A DNA stretch of 64,000 nucleotides from an uncultured Bacteroidales bacterium (GTDB lineage: Bacteria; Bacteroidota; Bacteroidia; Bacteroidales; FEN-979), in assembly GCA_903945175.1 (NCBI GenBank), contig CAJAUM010000128.1:4459-68458 (forward strand), written 5' to 3'. Positions 20,016 through 29,079 of this stretch are shown one piece after another. The notes under the pieces were generated by a model. That model had not been told where the DNA came from. It saw only the letters and a list, made by a program, of their open reading frames with translations, and searched no databases. A program made the translations under genes and the position numbers. The stretch's first letter is position 1, and each line of letters opens with the position of its first letter.

Positions 20016-21494
20016 ATGATCATGGACAGCGACCTTTATCTTTATAATACCCTTTCGCGAAAAAAAGAACAGTTTCAGCCCATCAACCCTCCCTTTGCAG
20101 GCATGTATGTTTGCGGGCCAACGGTTTATGGTGACCCGCACCTTGGCCATGCCCGGCCGGCCATCACCTTTGACATCGTATTCCGCTATCTGCAGCATCT
20201 CGGCTATAAGGTCAGGTATGTAAGAAACATTACCGATGTAGGGCACCTGGTCGCTGACCTCGATGAGGGGGATGATAAAATTGCAAGGAAGGCGCAGTTA
20301 GAACAGCTTGAGCCCATGGAGATTGCCCAGTATTATGCTGACCGCTATTTTATTTACATGGATGCCTTGAATGTGAAACGCCCCAGTATTGAGCCGCGGG
20401 CTTCGGGTCACATGATTGAGCAAATCCTGATGGTGAAACAAATCCTGGATGCAGGTTATGCCTATGAGGTGAATGGTTCTGTTTACTTCGACGTGGAAAA
20501 ATACAGCAAAACACACGAATATGGCAAACTTTCGGGCCGTGTACTGGAGGATCTGATCTCCAACACCCGCTCCCTCGAAGGTCAGGAAGAGAAACGCCAC
20601 CCGGCCGATTTTGCCTTGTGGAAAAAGGCACAGCCTGAACATATCATGCGCTGGCCATCACCCTGGAGCGACGGTTTCCCCGGATGGCACCTTGAATGTT
20701 CGGCCATGAGTACCAAATACCTGGGTGAATATTTCGACATCCATGGTGGAGGGATGGACCTCCTATTTCCGCACCACGAATCGGAAATCGCCCAGTGCCA
20801 GGCTGCCATCGGCCACGAATCGGTAAAGTACTGGATGCATAACAACATGATCACCATTCAGGGCCAGAAAATGGGGAAATCGCTGGGAAATTTTATCACC
20901 CTGGATGAGTTTTTCACCGGCAAACATGCATCACTGGAACAGGCTTACAGCCCAATGACCATCCGGTTTTTCATCCTTCAGGCGCACTACCGCAGTACAC
21001 TTGATTTCTCCAATGAAGCGCTGCAGGCTGCCGAAAAAGGTTTAAAAAAGCTGATGACCGCTTCTGAAACGTTGAATAAACTTGTTCCATCTGAAGCCAC
21101 GGCTCCTGATTCCGGCATCAGTGAACTTGTTAACAGTATTTATTCCGCCATGAATGACGATTTCAACAGTCCGATTGTCATGGCCAACCTCTTCGAGGGT
21201 GTACGTATGATCAATTCTGTGGCTGATAAAAAGGAGACTATTTCCAAGGCAGATCTGGCCCTGCTGAAAAACATCTTCAACACCTTTTTGTTCGACATCC
21301 TCGGATTGAAAAACGAAAAGACCAACGACCAGCCTGAATTACTGGATGGGTTGATGCAACTGGTACTCGCCATTCGGCAGAAGTCACGTGAAACCAAAGA
21401 CTGGGGAACATCTGACCAGATCAGGGATGGACTACAGAAGCTGCATATCACCGTGAAGGACGGAAAAGAGGGATCGAGCTGGAATATTGAATGA
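20016..21494 (+). CDS. cysS: Cysteine--tRNA ligase
   Basis: HIGH motif (PHLGHARP), KMSKS motif (KMGKSLGN), and GWHLECSAM. The ORF track start at 20007 is GTG; the first ATG is at 20016. Confidence 0.95.
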   Translation: MIMDSDLYLYNTLSRKKEQFQPINPPFAGMYVCGPTVYGDPHLGHARPAITFDIVFRYLQHLGYKVRYVRNITDVGHLVADLDEGDDKIARKAQLEQLEPMEIAQYYADRYFIYMDALNVKRPSIEPRASGHMIEQILMVKQILDAGYAYEVNGSVYFDVEKYSKTHEYGKLSGRVLEDLISNTRSLEGQEEKRHPADFALWKKAQPEHIMRWPSPWSDGFPGWHLECSAMSTKYLGEYFDIHGGGMDLLFPHHESEIAQCQAAIGHESVKYWMHNNMITIQGQKMGKSLGNFITLDEFFTGKHASLEQAYSPMTIRFFILQAHYRSTLDFSNEALQAAEKGLKKLMTASETLNKLVPSEATAPDSGISELVNSIYSAMNDDFNSPIVMANLFEGVRMINSVADKKETISKADLALLKNIFNTFLFDILGLKNEKTNDQPELLDGLMQLVLAIRQKSRETKDWGTSDQIRDGLQKLHITVKDGKEGSSWNIE

Positions 21495-21516
21495 AAACAA
21501 AACAAGCGATAAAACA

Positions 21517-23205
21517 ATGAAAACAATGAAATCAATTTTCGCAATGGCACTGTCTCTGATGTTTATGACAGCGTGCACCTCCAAACAGGAAACAATGAAG
21601 AAAGAATTGACTGATTTTATCAGAAAGCATGATTCGGTGATGATCCCGCTTTACAAGCAAACAGCCCTTGCTTCATGGGATGCCGCAATTTCAGGAAAGC
21701 CAGAAGATTTCAAAAAATCAGAGGAGTTGAACCTGAAGATGATGGCGCTTTTTTCGGACAAGGAAAAGCTAAAGAAACTTGAAGAGATCAAGGTTTCGGG
21801 GATGATTACTGACAGCATGCTGAACCGTCAGCTGGATGTGCTCTATCGCTCATTTTTGATGGCCAGGGCCGATACCGGAAAACTGAATGCCATGGTGCGC
21901 ATGGGCACATTGATTGAACAGAAATATGGCAATTTCCGTACGGAGGTCAAGGGCAAAATGATGTCGGACAATGATGTGGAAGAGGTGCTAAGCAGCTCAA
22001 AGGATGTGAAATACCAGAAAGAGGTTTGGGAAGCGCAGAAGAAAATAGGAACAGTGGTTGCCGAGGATGTGAAAAAACTGGTAAAGCTTCGCAATGAAGT
22101 GGCCAAAGACCTGGGCTTCAAGAACTACCATGAGATGAGTCTTACCCTCAGTGACCAGGATCCCCGGGAGGTTAGCAAACTGTTCGATGAACTTGACAGT
22201 CTTACACAAAAATCATTTGCCGCTGTTAAGGGCGATATCGATGACTACTTTGTGAAATACTATAACCTGAAAAGCAAGGATGAACTGATGCCATGGAATT
22301 ATCAGAATCGTTTCTTCCAGGAGGCCCCCAAAATTTACGATGTAGATCTTGATAAATACTACAAGGATAAAAATCTCGAAACACTTACCGCGAACTTTTA
22401 TGGTGGCATCGGACTCCCGATCGACGATATGCTGAAGAACAGTGACCTGTATGAAAAACCTGGCAAAAACCAGCATGCTTTCTGCACAGATATCGACAAT
22501 GCCGGCGATGTGCGCGTACTATGCAATGTAAAGTCGAATCAATACTGGATGAACACCATGCTTCATGAGTACGGGCATGCCGTATATGATAAAAACATTG
22601 ACACCACGTTGCCGTTCATTCTCCGTGATCCTGCTCACACCTTCACTACGGAGGCCATCGCCATGATTTTCGGACGGTTTTCTTCCAACCCGCAGTGGCT
22701 GAAAGAGATGGCAGGTATCAGCGAAGACGAGAAGCTGAAAATTGCCGAGAACTGCTTTAAAACCCTTCGGCTTGAGCAGCTGGTATTCAGTCGCTGGGCG
22801 CAGGTGATGTACCGGTTCGAAAAAGAGATGTACAAGAATCCCGACCAGGACCTGAATAAACTGTGGTGGGATCTGGTGGAGAAATACCAGATGATGAAAC
22901 GCCCTGATGGCCGTAACGAGCCCGACTGGGCTACCAAGATCCACATTGCAACCTATCCCTGCTATTACCACAACTATCTCCTGGGTGAACTTCTTGCTTC
23001 ACAATTGTATTACTACATTGTCGGGAACATTATCAAATCAGAGGATTACAAGTTTCAGAGTTTTGTGGGAAACAAAGAGGTGGGCGCCTACCTCAAGGAG
23101 AAGGTCTTTATGCCGGGCAGCCGCTGGTACTGGAATGACATGATCGAAAAAGCTACCGGAGAAAAACTGACCGCGAAATACTACGCAAAACAGTTTGTGG
23201 ATTAA
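21517..23205 (+). CDS. M2-family (ACE-like) zinc metallopeptidase, probable lipoprotein
   Basis: HEYGH at 22564-22578, with the third zinc-ligand context TEAIAMIFG 24 residues further on, as in peptidyl-dipeptidase A. N-terminus MKTMKSIFAMALSLMFMTAC resembles a lipoprotein signal. An alternative upstream ATG at 21487 overlaps cysS. Confidence 0.7.
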   Translation: MKTMKSIFAMALSLMFMTACTSKQETMKKELTDFIRKHDSVMIPLYKQTALASWDAAISGKPEDFKKSEELNLKMMALFSDKEKLKKLEEIKVSGMITDSMLNRQLDVLYRSFLMARADTGKLNAMVRMGTLIEQKYGNFRTEVKGKMMSDNDVEEVLSSSKDVKYQKEVWEAQKKIGTVVAEDVKKLVKLRNEVAKDLGFKNYHEMSLTLSDQDPREVSKLFDELDSLTQKSFAAVKGDIDDYFVKYYNLKSKDELMPWNYQNRFFQEAPKIYDVDLDKYYKDKNLETLTANFYGGIGLPIDDMLKNSDLYEKPGKNQHAFCTDIDNAGDVRVLCNVKSNQYWMNTMLHEYGHAVYDKNIDTTLPFILRDPAHTFTTEAIAMIFGRFSSNPQWLKEMAGISEDEKLKIAENCFKTLRLEQLVFSRWAQVMYRFEKEMYKNPDQDLNKLWWDLVEKYQMMKRPDGRNEPDWATKIHIATYPCYYHNYLLGELLASQLYYYIVGNIIKSEDYKFQSFVGNKEVGAYLKEKVFMPGSRWYWNDMIEKATGEKLTAKYYAKQFVD

Positions 23206-23747
23206 TATGGCGGATTATTACCAGGTTGGGTGGCTCTTCTGAGAGTTGTCATTTTCAGCGCAAAGTCTTGTGCCTGTTCTATTTCCTGATGATCAGGATG
23301 CCCGATTGTGTTCGGTCGCCATGCGGCAAATTCCATTAGCATCAAAATTCCGCTTGCATGGAGTTCGTTCGCGATTTTTTCCGAAAGTTCTCCCTGACAG
23401 TGAAACATTCCCACAAGATCAGACTGGGCACAAGCGGCCCTGCATCGGTTAAGTTCTTTTTCCAGCATGTCTTGCTGCGATGGGTCCTTGCTTTCGGAAA
23501 GTGTGGCGTGCGTTACAAAGAGGGCAATGGTTCTGCCTTTGGCCAGTGTGTCAATGAATTTTTTTGCTTGTCCAGGGGGGCCGAATTTCATGACGGGAAA
23601 GCCAATAAAGGTCAGATCAAATCCCTCTAAAGAGACTACTTCATCGAAGGGTTTTATCTCTTTTTCACATGAAAGCGTTTCATAAATGGCCTCAGCAATT
23701 TTTCGCGTATTGCCGGTTTGTGACCAATAGGTTACCAGGGTGTTCAT
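23202..23747 (-). CDS. Flavodoxin family protein
   Basis: 181 aa. The N-terminal FMN-phosphate loop YWSQTGNTRKIAEAI is present. Confidence 0.8.
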   Translation of the reverse strand: MNTLVTYWSQTGNTRKIAEAIYETLSCEKEIKPFDEVVSLEGFDLTFIGFPVMKFGPPGQAKKFIDTLAKGRTIALFVTHATLSESKDPSQQDMLEKELNRCRAACAQSDLVGMFHCQGELSEKIANELHASGILMLMEFAAWRPNTIGHPDHQEIEQAQDFALKMTTLRRATQPGNNPPY

Positions 23748-24739
23748 TGCACGATGAATCTTGTTGTTTGTGAAGTTCCATGTTTTTCATCAAGCTTCAT
23801 CAAATAGATCCCGGGAGAAAAATTTTTCCGGCTCAGGCTGAAAGTTTCAGGGTTCACATCTTTTTCACGGTAAATTATCCGGCCTGCGCGATCAAAAATA
23901 CTGATGGTGACCGGCCCGGTAGACGGCTTATACCTGATCACAGACTGGGTGGTAAGCGGGTTGGGGAAAATGGCAAAATTATTTTGGTTCGTCTTTGTTT
24001 CGGAAACTCCGGTAAAAGAGTCCTCATACCCAAATGCAATGTTATCGATCAGCCAGCCCTCTTTTCCGGTAGCGGCACCATCACTGGTGAAGATAAAACG
24101 TACCAGTACGCTGTCGGGGACAATCCCGCCGGGAGCGTTAAGGAAGACAACCCAATATAAATGACAGCGTGAAAACAACCATCCATCCGACTTTCCGCTT
24201 GTTACAGCCAGGTGATTGTACTTTTGATGGGAACTGACTGAAGAGTCCTGATCCCAGGTTATCAAAGTCGGGCCGTTGGGGCAGGTCCACCCGGTATTTC
24301 CCAACTCACACCATACTCCGCCTCCGTCATAAGATGCTTCGATAATCCCGCGGTCAGAAAGGGTATCGGTATCATATTTTTGCATAAAGCTGATGTAGGT
24401 TGCAAAATCCCACTTCAGCGACTTCGAATCGATGACAAAGGAGAAGGTGGAGAATGTATTCACGGGATAAGGGATGATGCTGTCAGTAATGATTCCTTTG
24501 GGCGCTGACCATGCTGCATTGAGGTATGTTTTCTGCGGCGTACCGATTTGCCAGATGTTGGTCGGGGAGTCCCAAATTCTCACAGGAACTGTACCGGCCT
24601 CAAATAAAATGCTGTCCTGCGGATAGTACTGAGCCGAAACCATCATTGTAATAAAAACCATGTGCAAAATGATGAGGCAGCGCCGCTTACCATTATTATA
24701 GATCTTTTCCATAACCGTCAATTTGTAACAAATGTACAT
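23744..24739 (-). CDS. Secreted protein of unknown function with a T9SS C-terminal sorting domain
   Basis: Hydrophobic signal region (CLIILHMVFITMMVSAQ) and a C-terminal FAIFPNPLTTQSVIRY...GIYLMKLDEKHG...RFIVQ. The start is uncertain (24739 or the in-frame ATG at 24712). Confidence 0.6.
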   Translation of the reverse strand: MYICYKLTVMEKIYNNGKRRCLIILHMVFITMMVSAQYYPQDSILFEAGTVPVRIWDSPTNIWQIGTPQKTYLNAAWSAPKGIITDSIIPYPVNTFSTFSFVIDSKSLKWDFATYISFMQKYDTDTLSDRGIIEASYDGGGVWCELGNTGWTCPNGPTLITWDQDSSVSSHQKYNHLAVTSGKSDGWLFSRCHLYWVVFLNAPGGIVPDSVLVRFIFTSDGAATGKEGWLIDNIAFGYEDSFTGVSETKTNQNNFAIFPNPLTTQSVIRYKPSTGPVTISIFDRAGRIIYREKDVNPETFSLSRKNFSPGIYLMKLDEKHGTSQTTRFIVQ

Positions 24740-24811
24740 GACATTTCTGCCAAAATAATTATTATTTCAGATTATTGTTAACTTTACTTTTCAAATGTTA
24801 ATCCAAGCCCT

Positions 24812-25984
24812 ATGAAAAAACTTACATTTATTTTGATCCTTTTTATGGCCTGTACGGTTTTTGGACAGAAGCCAGTTACGCCGAAGAAAATCGGTGCACC
24901 CAAGGCTGCCAAAGAAAATGCACTTATGGAAACCAGCAGCAAGAAAGCTGGTCCGGCTGATTTTTTGGCATTGGTAAGGGTAGTTAAAGACTGGGGCTAT
25001 ATTGATGGTTCAGGAGCTTACGTGATTGCTCCCCAATTTGAAAATGCTAAATCGTTTTCAGGCGGATATGCCCGTGTCAGGAGTGCAGGTGACTGGGGCT
25101 TCATTGATAAAAAAGGAAGTTTTGTGATCAATCCGCAGTTTGAGAGGGCCGAAGATTTCAGCAACGGGCTGGCCCGGGTCCTGAAATTCAAGACTTGGGG
25201 ATATATTGATGAAACAGGAATATTTGCAATCAACCCCCAATTCAATGATGCCGAAGATTTCAATGATGGCTTTGCAAGGGTAAAAAAGGGGCTCTTGTGG
25301 GGACTCATTGACAAGAAGGGAAATTTTACCGTTAACCCGCAGTTTGCCGAGTTAGCAAAATTTTCTGAGGGATTGGCTCGCGCCCGACTGGGCAAGGAAT
25401 GGGGTTATATAGATAAAACCGGGAAATGGGAGATCAATCCCCAGTTTGATGATGCCGAAGATTTTGATGGAGGTTTGGCCCGTGTAAGGAAAGGCATGCA
25501 ATGGGGTTACATTGATAAATCAGGTACCTATACAATCAATCCCCAATTCGAAGCGGCTGGTGAATTCTGCGAAGGACTGGCAAGTGCTAAAAAAATGCGG
25601 CAATGGGGATATATCGATAAAAAGGGGACATGGGTTGTAAATCCGCAATTCGACCAGGCTGGCAATTTCACTGAAGGATTTGCAAAGGTAAAAAAGGGCA
25701 GGGAATGGGGGTATATCGAAACTTCCGGCACCTATGTCATCAATCCCCAGTTTGATGATGCCGAAGATTTCAACGATAATTTTGCCAGGGTGAGAAAAGG
25801 CAGTCAGTGGGGATTCATAAATAAAAAAGGACTTTATGTTATCAACCCTCAATTCGACAAGGCAAATGACTTTGTAAATGATTTTTCATTGGTAAGAAAA
25901 GGAACCAAATGGGGTTTTATCAATAAATCCGGAATCCTTGAAATAAACTGTATGTTCAATGATGCAGAAGATTTCTCCAAATAG
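24812..25984 (+). CDS. WG-repeat (KWG-type) protein, lipoprotein-like signal
   Basis: 10 tandem copies of about 34 aa: WGYIDKxGxxxINPQFDDAEDFxxGLARVKKG. Confidence 0.85.
   Translation: MKKLTFILILFMACTVFGQKPVTPKKIGAPKAAKENALMETSSKKAGPADFLALVRVVKDWGYIDGSGAYVIAPQFENAKSFSGGYARVRSAGDWGFIDKKGSFVINPQFERAEDFSNGLARVLKFKTWGYIDETGIFAINPQFNDAEDFNDGFARVKKGLLWGLIDKKGNFTVNPQFAELAKFSEGLARARLGKEWGYIDKTGKWEINPQFDDAEDFDGGLARVRKGMQWGYIDKSGTYTINPQFEAAGEFCEGLASAKKMRQWGYIDKKGTWVVNPQFDQAGNFTEGFAKVKKGREWGYIETSGTYVINPQFDDAEDFNDNFARVRKGSQWGFINKKGLYVINPQFDKANDFVNDFSLVRKGTKWGFINKSGILEINCMFNDAEDFSK
24992..25981 (+). repeat. Intragenic tandem repeat, ~102-bp period x 10 (encodes the WG repeats)
   Basis: Recurrent tggggNtaTatNgat and gatgccgaagattt strings at about 102-bp spacing. 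Confidence 0.7.
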
Positions 25985-25995
25985 GCGGGAGCGGA

Positions 25996-27276
25996 TTATA
26001 CTGCCTTTACCAGGAAATAATTTTTCTTACCCTTCTGAACCAGGATGTATTTGCCATTGGCAAGGATCTCCTGGTTTATGACAAAGGATTCATCAACCTT
26101 TGTTTTATTGACCTGAACACCACCCTCTTTTAGCATTCGGCGTGCTTCGCCCCTGGAGGGAAATATATTCGTTTTTTCCGTCAGAAATTCGACAACAGGT
26201 ATAGAATTCAAAACCTCATTATTCATTATCTCACATTGAGGCACTCCTTCAAAGACTGAAAGCAGGGTCTCTTCCGAAAGTTTCATGAGTGTTTCTGCTG
26301 TGCCTTTTCCAAAGAGTATTTCCGATGCTTCCATCGCTGCTTGCAGATCTTCTCTGGAATGTACGCGGATGGTGATCTCTTCAGCCAGCGCTTTCTGCAA
26401 CACCCTCAGGTGAGGGGCCTCATCATGCTTATTCTGAAGCGTTTCAACCTCTTCTTTCGTCAGCAGGGTGAATTTCCTAATGTATTCCAATGCATCGGCA
26501 TCGCTGGTATTAAGCCAGAATTGATAAAATTTGTAAGGTGAGGTTTTCTTCGGATCAAGCCAGACATTCCCGGCCTCGGATTTCCCGAACTTACCGCCAT
26601 CTGCTTTGGTTATAAGCGGACAAGTAAGCGCAAAGGCCTCCCCTCCAAGTTTCCTCCGGATCAATTCCGTACCGGTTACAATGTTGCCCCATTGATCAGA
26701 GCCCCCCATCTGGAGTTTTACCTGTTTATGTTCAAAGAGCCAGCAGTAATCAAAACCCTGCACCAGCTGGTATGTAAATTCGGTGAAAGAGATACCGGAT
26801 CCGGATTCCATACGCTTTTTAACAGAATCTTTTGCAATCATGTAATTTACCGTGATATGCTTGCCAACTTCACGAAGAAAATTCAGGAATGTAAATTCCT
26901 TCATCCAATCGTAATTGTTCACCATCTCAGCAGCATTATCACCGCAATTGAAAACCAGAAATTTTTCAAGCTGTTTGTGAATGCAGTTCTGATTGTGGCG
27001 CAATACGGTTTCGTCAAGAAGGTTCCGTTCTTCTGATTTTCCGGAAGGATCTCCGATCATGCCCGTGGCGCCCCCAACCAATGCAAAAGGCTTATGCCCC
27101 GACCGTTGGAGGTGAACAAGCATCATGATCGATGCCAGGTTTCCAATGTGCAGTGAATCGCTTGTAGGGTCATAGCCAATGTAAGCTGAGGTCATCTCTT
27201 TCAGCAATTGCTCTTCTGTTCCCGGCGTCATATCGTGGATCATACCTCTCCACCGGAGTTCTTCAATGAAATTCAT
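25996..27276 (-). CDS. tyrS: Tyrosine--tRNA ligase
   Basis: Start taken at ATG 27276 ([15 protein letters not shown]). HIGH-type motif (DSLHIGNL), KMSKS-type motif (KFGKSE), and a C-terminal S4-like domain. The ORF track extension to 27387 is unlikely to be real. Confidence 0.95.
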   Translation of the reverse strand: MNFIEELRWRGMIHDMTPGTEEQLLKEMTSAYIGYDPTSDSLHIGNLASIMMLVHLQRSGHKPFALVGGATGMIGDPSGKSEERNLLDETVLRHNQNCIHKQLEKFLVFNCGDNAAEMVNNYDWMKEFTFLNFLREVGKHITVNYMIAKDSVKKRMESGSGISFTEFTYQLVQGFDYCWLFEHKQVKLQMGGSDQWGNIVTGTELIRRKLGGEAFALTCPLITKADGGKFGKSEAGNVWLDPKKTSPYKFYQFWLNTSDADALEYIRKFTLLTKEEVETLQNKHDEAPHLRVLQKALAEEITIRVHSREDLQAAMEASEILFGKGTAETLMKLSEETLLSVFEGVPQCEIMNNEVLNSIPVVEFLTEKTNIFPSRGEARRMLKEGGVQVNKTKVDESFVINQEILANGKYILVQKGKKNYFLVKAV

Positions 27277-27289
27277 TCCGTTTTTTTTG

Positions 27290-27297
27290 CAAAAGTA
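27290..27297 (-). promoter_or_regulatory. -7 promoter box TACTTTTG for tyrS
   Basis: The reverse complement reads TACTTTTG, 13 nt upstream of ATG 27276. Confidence 0.45.
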
Positions 27298-27308
27298 TGA
27301 AATAACAG

Positions 27309-27848
27309 TCATTTTTTGTTGAGCGCCATCACCATGTATACGATGATTGGAATAAAAAGGAAACTCAGGAAGACAGGAAGAAACCACAAACCAAGGCCGG
27401 AGGCTTCATTAAAGACAACCCGTGTAGTTGTGTAGCTGATGTAAAAGAAAAGCAGGATTATCACCGTTTTAAGGTAGCGTACAAGCCGGGTCGCAAGTGT
27501 ATACTGTCGCAAAGCGTTGGTCGGTGTTATTTTCCCCGGATAGTTGAACATGTGAGGAATCAGATTTATGAGGGTCATCATGGCATAGATAGACAGGGCT
27601 ATCACCGGCAGGAAAAGGATGGATGCCCTGGTTCCGTATTCATCCGCCACACCTGCAGCATTGAAATGGGTTGGAATGGATGCCGGTAGTTTCGGATAGT
27701 AATAGGCAACATACCCAAGTAAAACTCCCAGGCCAACGAGCGCCATGGCCTCTAGAAGCCAGTCGACAGGTGTCATCTCAGGCCTGATAACCGGCCGGTT
27801 AGGTTCCCGGGTACGCCGGAATAATCCGAAATTAACTCCGCTGATCAT
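27309..27848 (-). CDS. DUF1648-type (SdpI N-terminal-like) membrane protein
   Basis: 179 aa with 4 TM segments. Signature [21 protein letters not shown] after TM1. The start overlaps the upstream stop in an ATGA. Confidence 0.65.
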   Translation of the reverse strand: MISGVNFGLFRRTREPNRPVIRPEMTPVDWLLEAMALVGLGVLLGYVAYYYPKLPASIPTHFNAAGVADEYGTRASILFLPVIALSIYAMMTLINLIPHMFNYPGKITPTNALRQYTLATRLVRYLKTVIILLFFYISYTTTRVVFNEASGLGLWFLPVFLSFLFIPIIVYMVMALNKK

Positions 27849-28045
27849 GGTTTTGATTTGTTATCTGTCAGATCTCCGGCTGGAGATATTTTTTTCCCCG
27901 GCGACCGCCGATGCCCCTTCAGTGAAGCGTCGAGAATCCACTCGATCTGCCCGTTTACACTGCGGAATTCATCAGCAGCCCATTTCTCGAGGGCATCGTA
28001 AATATCCGGATTGACCCGGAGCATGAATACCTTTTTATTTGCCAT
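27845..28045 (-). CDS. Small ribbon-helix-helix (Arc-like) DNA-binding protein
   Basis: 66 aa. MANKKVFMLRVNPDIYDALEKWAADEFRSVNGQIEWIL fits a beta-strand / helix / helix RHH pattern. Confidence 0.65.
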   Translation of the reverse strand: MANKKVFMLRVNPDIYDALEKWAADEFRSVNGQIEWILDASLKGHRRSPGKKISPAGDLTDNKSKP

Positions 28046-28051
28046 CCCGTT

Positions 28052-28921
28052 CTATTGATGCAATGTCCCTGTATTGACTACCGGGGTAGTATCCTTGTCG
28101 GAACAAAGCACCACCATCAGGTTGCTTACCATGGAGGCTTTTTTATCCTCGTCCAGGTTGATGATTTGTTTTTTACTCAGGGCATTGAGCGCAAGCTCCA
28201 CCATGCTTACCGCGCCTTCCACAATCTTGGTACGGGCGGCCACCACCGCGGTTGCCTGCTGGCGACGCAACATGGCACCGGCTATCTCCGAAGCATAAGC
28301 CAGGTAACTTATTCGGGCCTCCATCACCTCAATTCCGGCCATGGATAAACGTTCGGACAATTCGCGCTCGAGTGCCAGGTGAACCTCTTCTCCGCCGGCC
28401 CTTAACGTTATTTCTTTTTGCTCATCATCGAAATTATCATACGCATAATGCCCTGCAAGTTTGCGTGTAGCCGACTCACTCTGGATGTCGACAAAATGGG
28501 TGTAATCACCCACTTCAAAAGCAGCCTTATAAGTGTCCTTTACCCTCCACACAAGCACACATCCGATCATGATGGGGTTGCCGAGTTTGTCGTTTACTTT
28601 AATGGGATCGCGGTTGAGGTTGTTTGCCCTGAGGGAGATCTTCTTCTTAATGTAAAACGGATTCACCCAAAAAAATCCATTCTTTTTAATGGTCCCTTTG
28701 TATTCGCCGAAAAGCACAAGCACCGACGATTCGTTGGGGTTGATAACCATCAGCCCGATACTGGTGAACACCCCGACCAACATCAGAACTACACTTAAAA
28801 TGATAATGACAGGGGACTGGTTAAAAAAAATAATCCCACAAATTGCCAGTGCGAAAAAAAGGAGCGTCATTACAACCCCCGTATACCCGGAATTGACTGA
28901 ACTAAGTTTTTCTTTTTCCAT
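28052..28921 (-). CDS. SPFH / band-7 domain membrane protein
   Basis: 289 aa. Two N-terminal TM helices followed by an SPFH-like core and an Ala-rich helical region (EIAGAMLRRQQATAVVAAR). Confidence 0.8.
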   Translation of the reverse strand: MEKEKLSSVNSGYTGVVMTLLFFALAICGIIFFNQSPVIIILSVVLMLVGVFTSIGLMVINPNESSVLVLFGEYKGTIKKNGFFWVNPFYIKKKISLRANNLNRDPIKVNDKLGNPIMIGCVLVWRVKDTYKAAFEVGDYTHFVDIQSESATRKLAGHYAYDNFDDEQKEITLRAGGEEVHLALERELSERLSMAGIEVMEARISYLAYASEIAGAMLRRQQATAVVAARTKIVEGAVSMVELALNALSKKQIINLDEDKKASMVSNLMVVLCSDKDTTPVVNTGTLHQ

Positions 28922-29016
28922 TTTGCTTCAGATTAATGATATTAATATGATATTAAAATGATTTTGCAATAATACTACATTTTTTCACTGAAGTCAAGTT
29001 TTTTGGCCAAAGTATG

Positions 29017-29050
29017 AAAAAAAACAGGCAGCTCCAATAGGAACTGCCTG
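29017..29050 (-). terminator. Rho-independent terminator downstream of the prolyl oligopeptidase gene
   Basis: The minus-strand RNA reads CAGGCAGUUCC-UAUU-GGAGCUGCCUG followed by U8. That is an 11-bp stem (one G.U pair), a tetraloop and a U-tract, 30 nt after the stop at 29080. Confidence 0.75.
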
Positions 29051-29079
29051 CGGCTGGATTATGGTCATCCGAAAATTCT

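Noticed and set aside
24992-25981. A regular ~100-bp periodic repeat that could superficially resemble a CRISPR-like or satellite array.
   Set aside because: The repeats are in frame inside a continuous ORF and encode WG protein repeats. There is no unique-spacer architecture.
20016-27276. T-box or attenuator leaders upstream of the aminoacyl-tRNA synthetase genes (cysS, tyrS, lysS).
   Set aside because: The promoter -7 boxes sit only 13-15 nt from the ATGs, so there is no space for a leader RNA. This is consistent with Bacteroidota not using T-boxes.
27277-27387. N-terminal extensions suggested by the ORF track for tyrS (27387), prolyl oligopeptidase (31257), ABC ATPase (54346), lysS (63214), tdh (16337), the SDR gene (46404) and the ACD-GNAT gene (4177).
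   Set aside because: The extensions start at non-ATG codons or add non-homologous residues ahead of canonical N-termini or signal peptides. Several would overlap the upstream gene or the TAnnTTTG box itself. Internal ATG starts fit the family N-termini.
28922-29016. A TAnnTTTG promoter for the SPFH operon.
   Set aside because: Only near-matches are present on the minus strand (TATTATTG, TACTTTGG). A promoter probably lies here, but I cannot place it with confidence.
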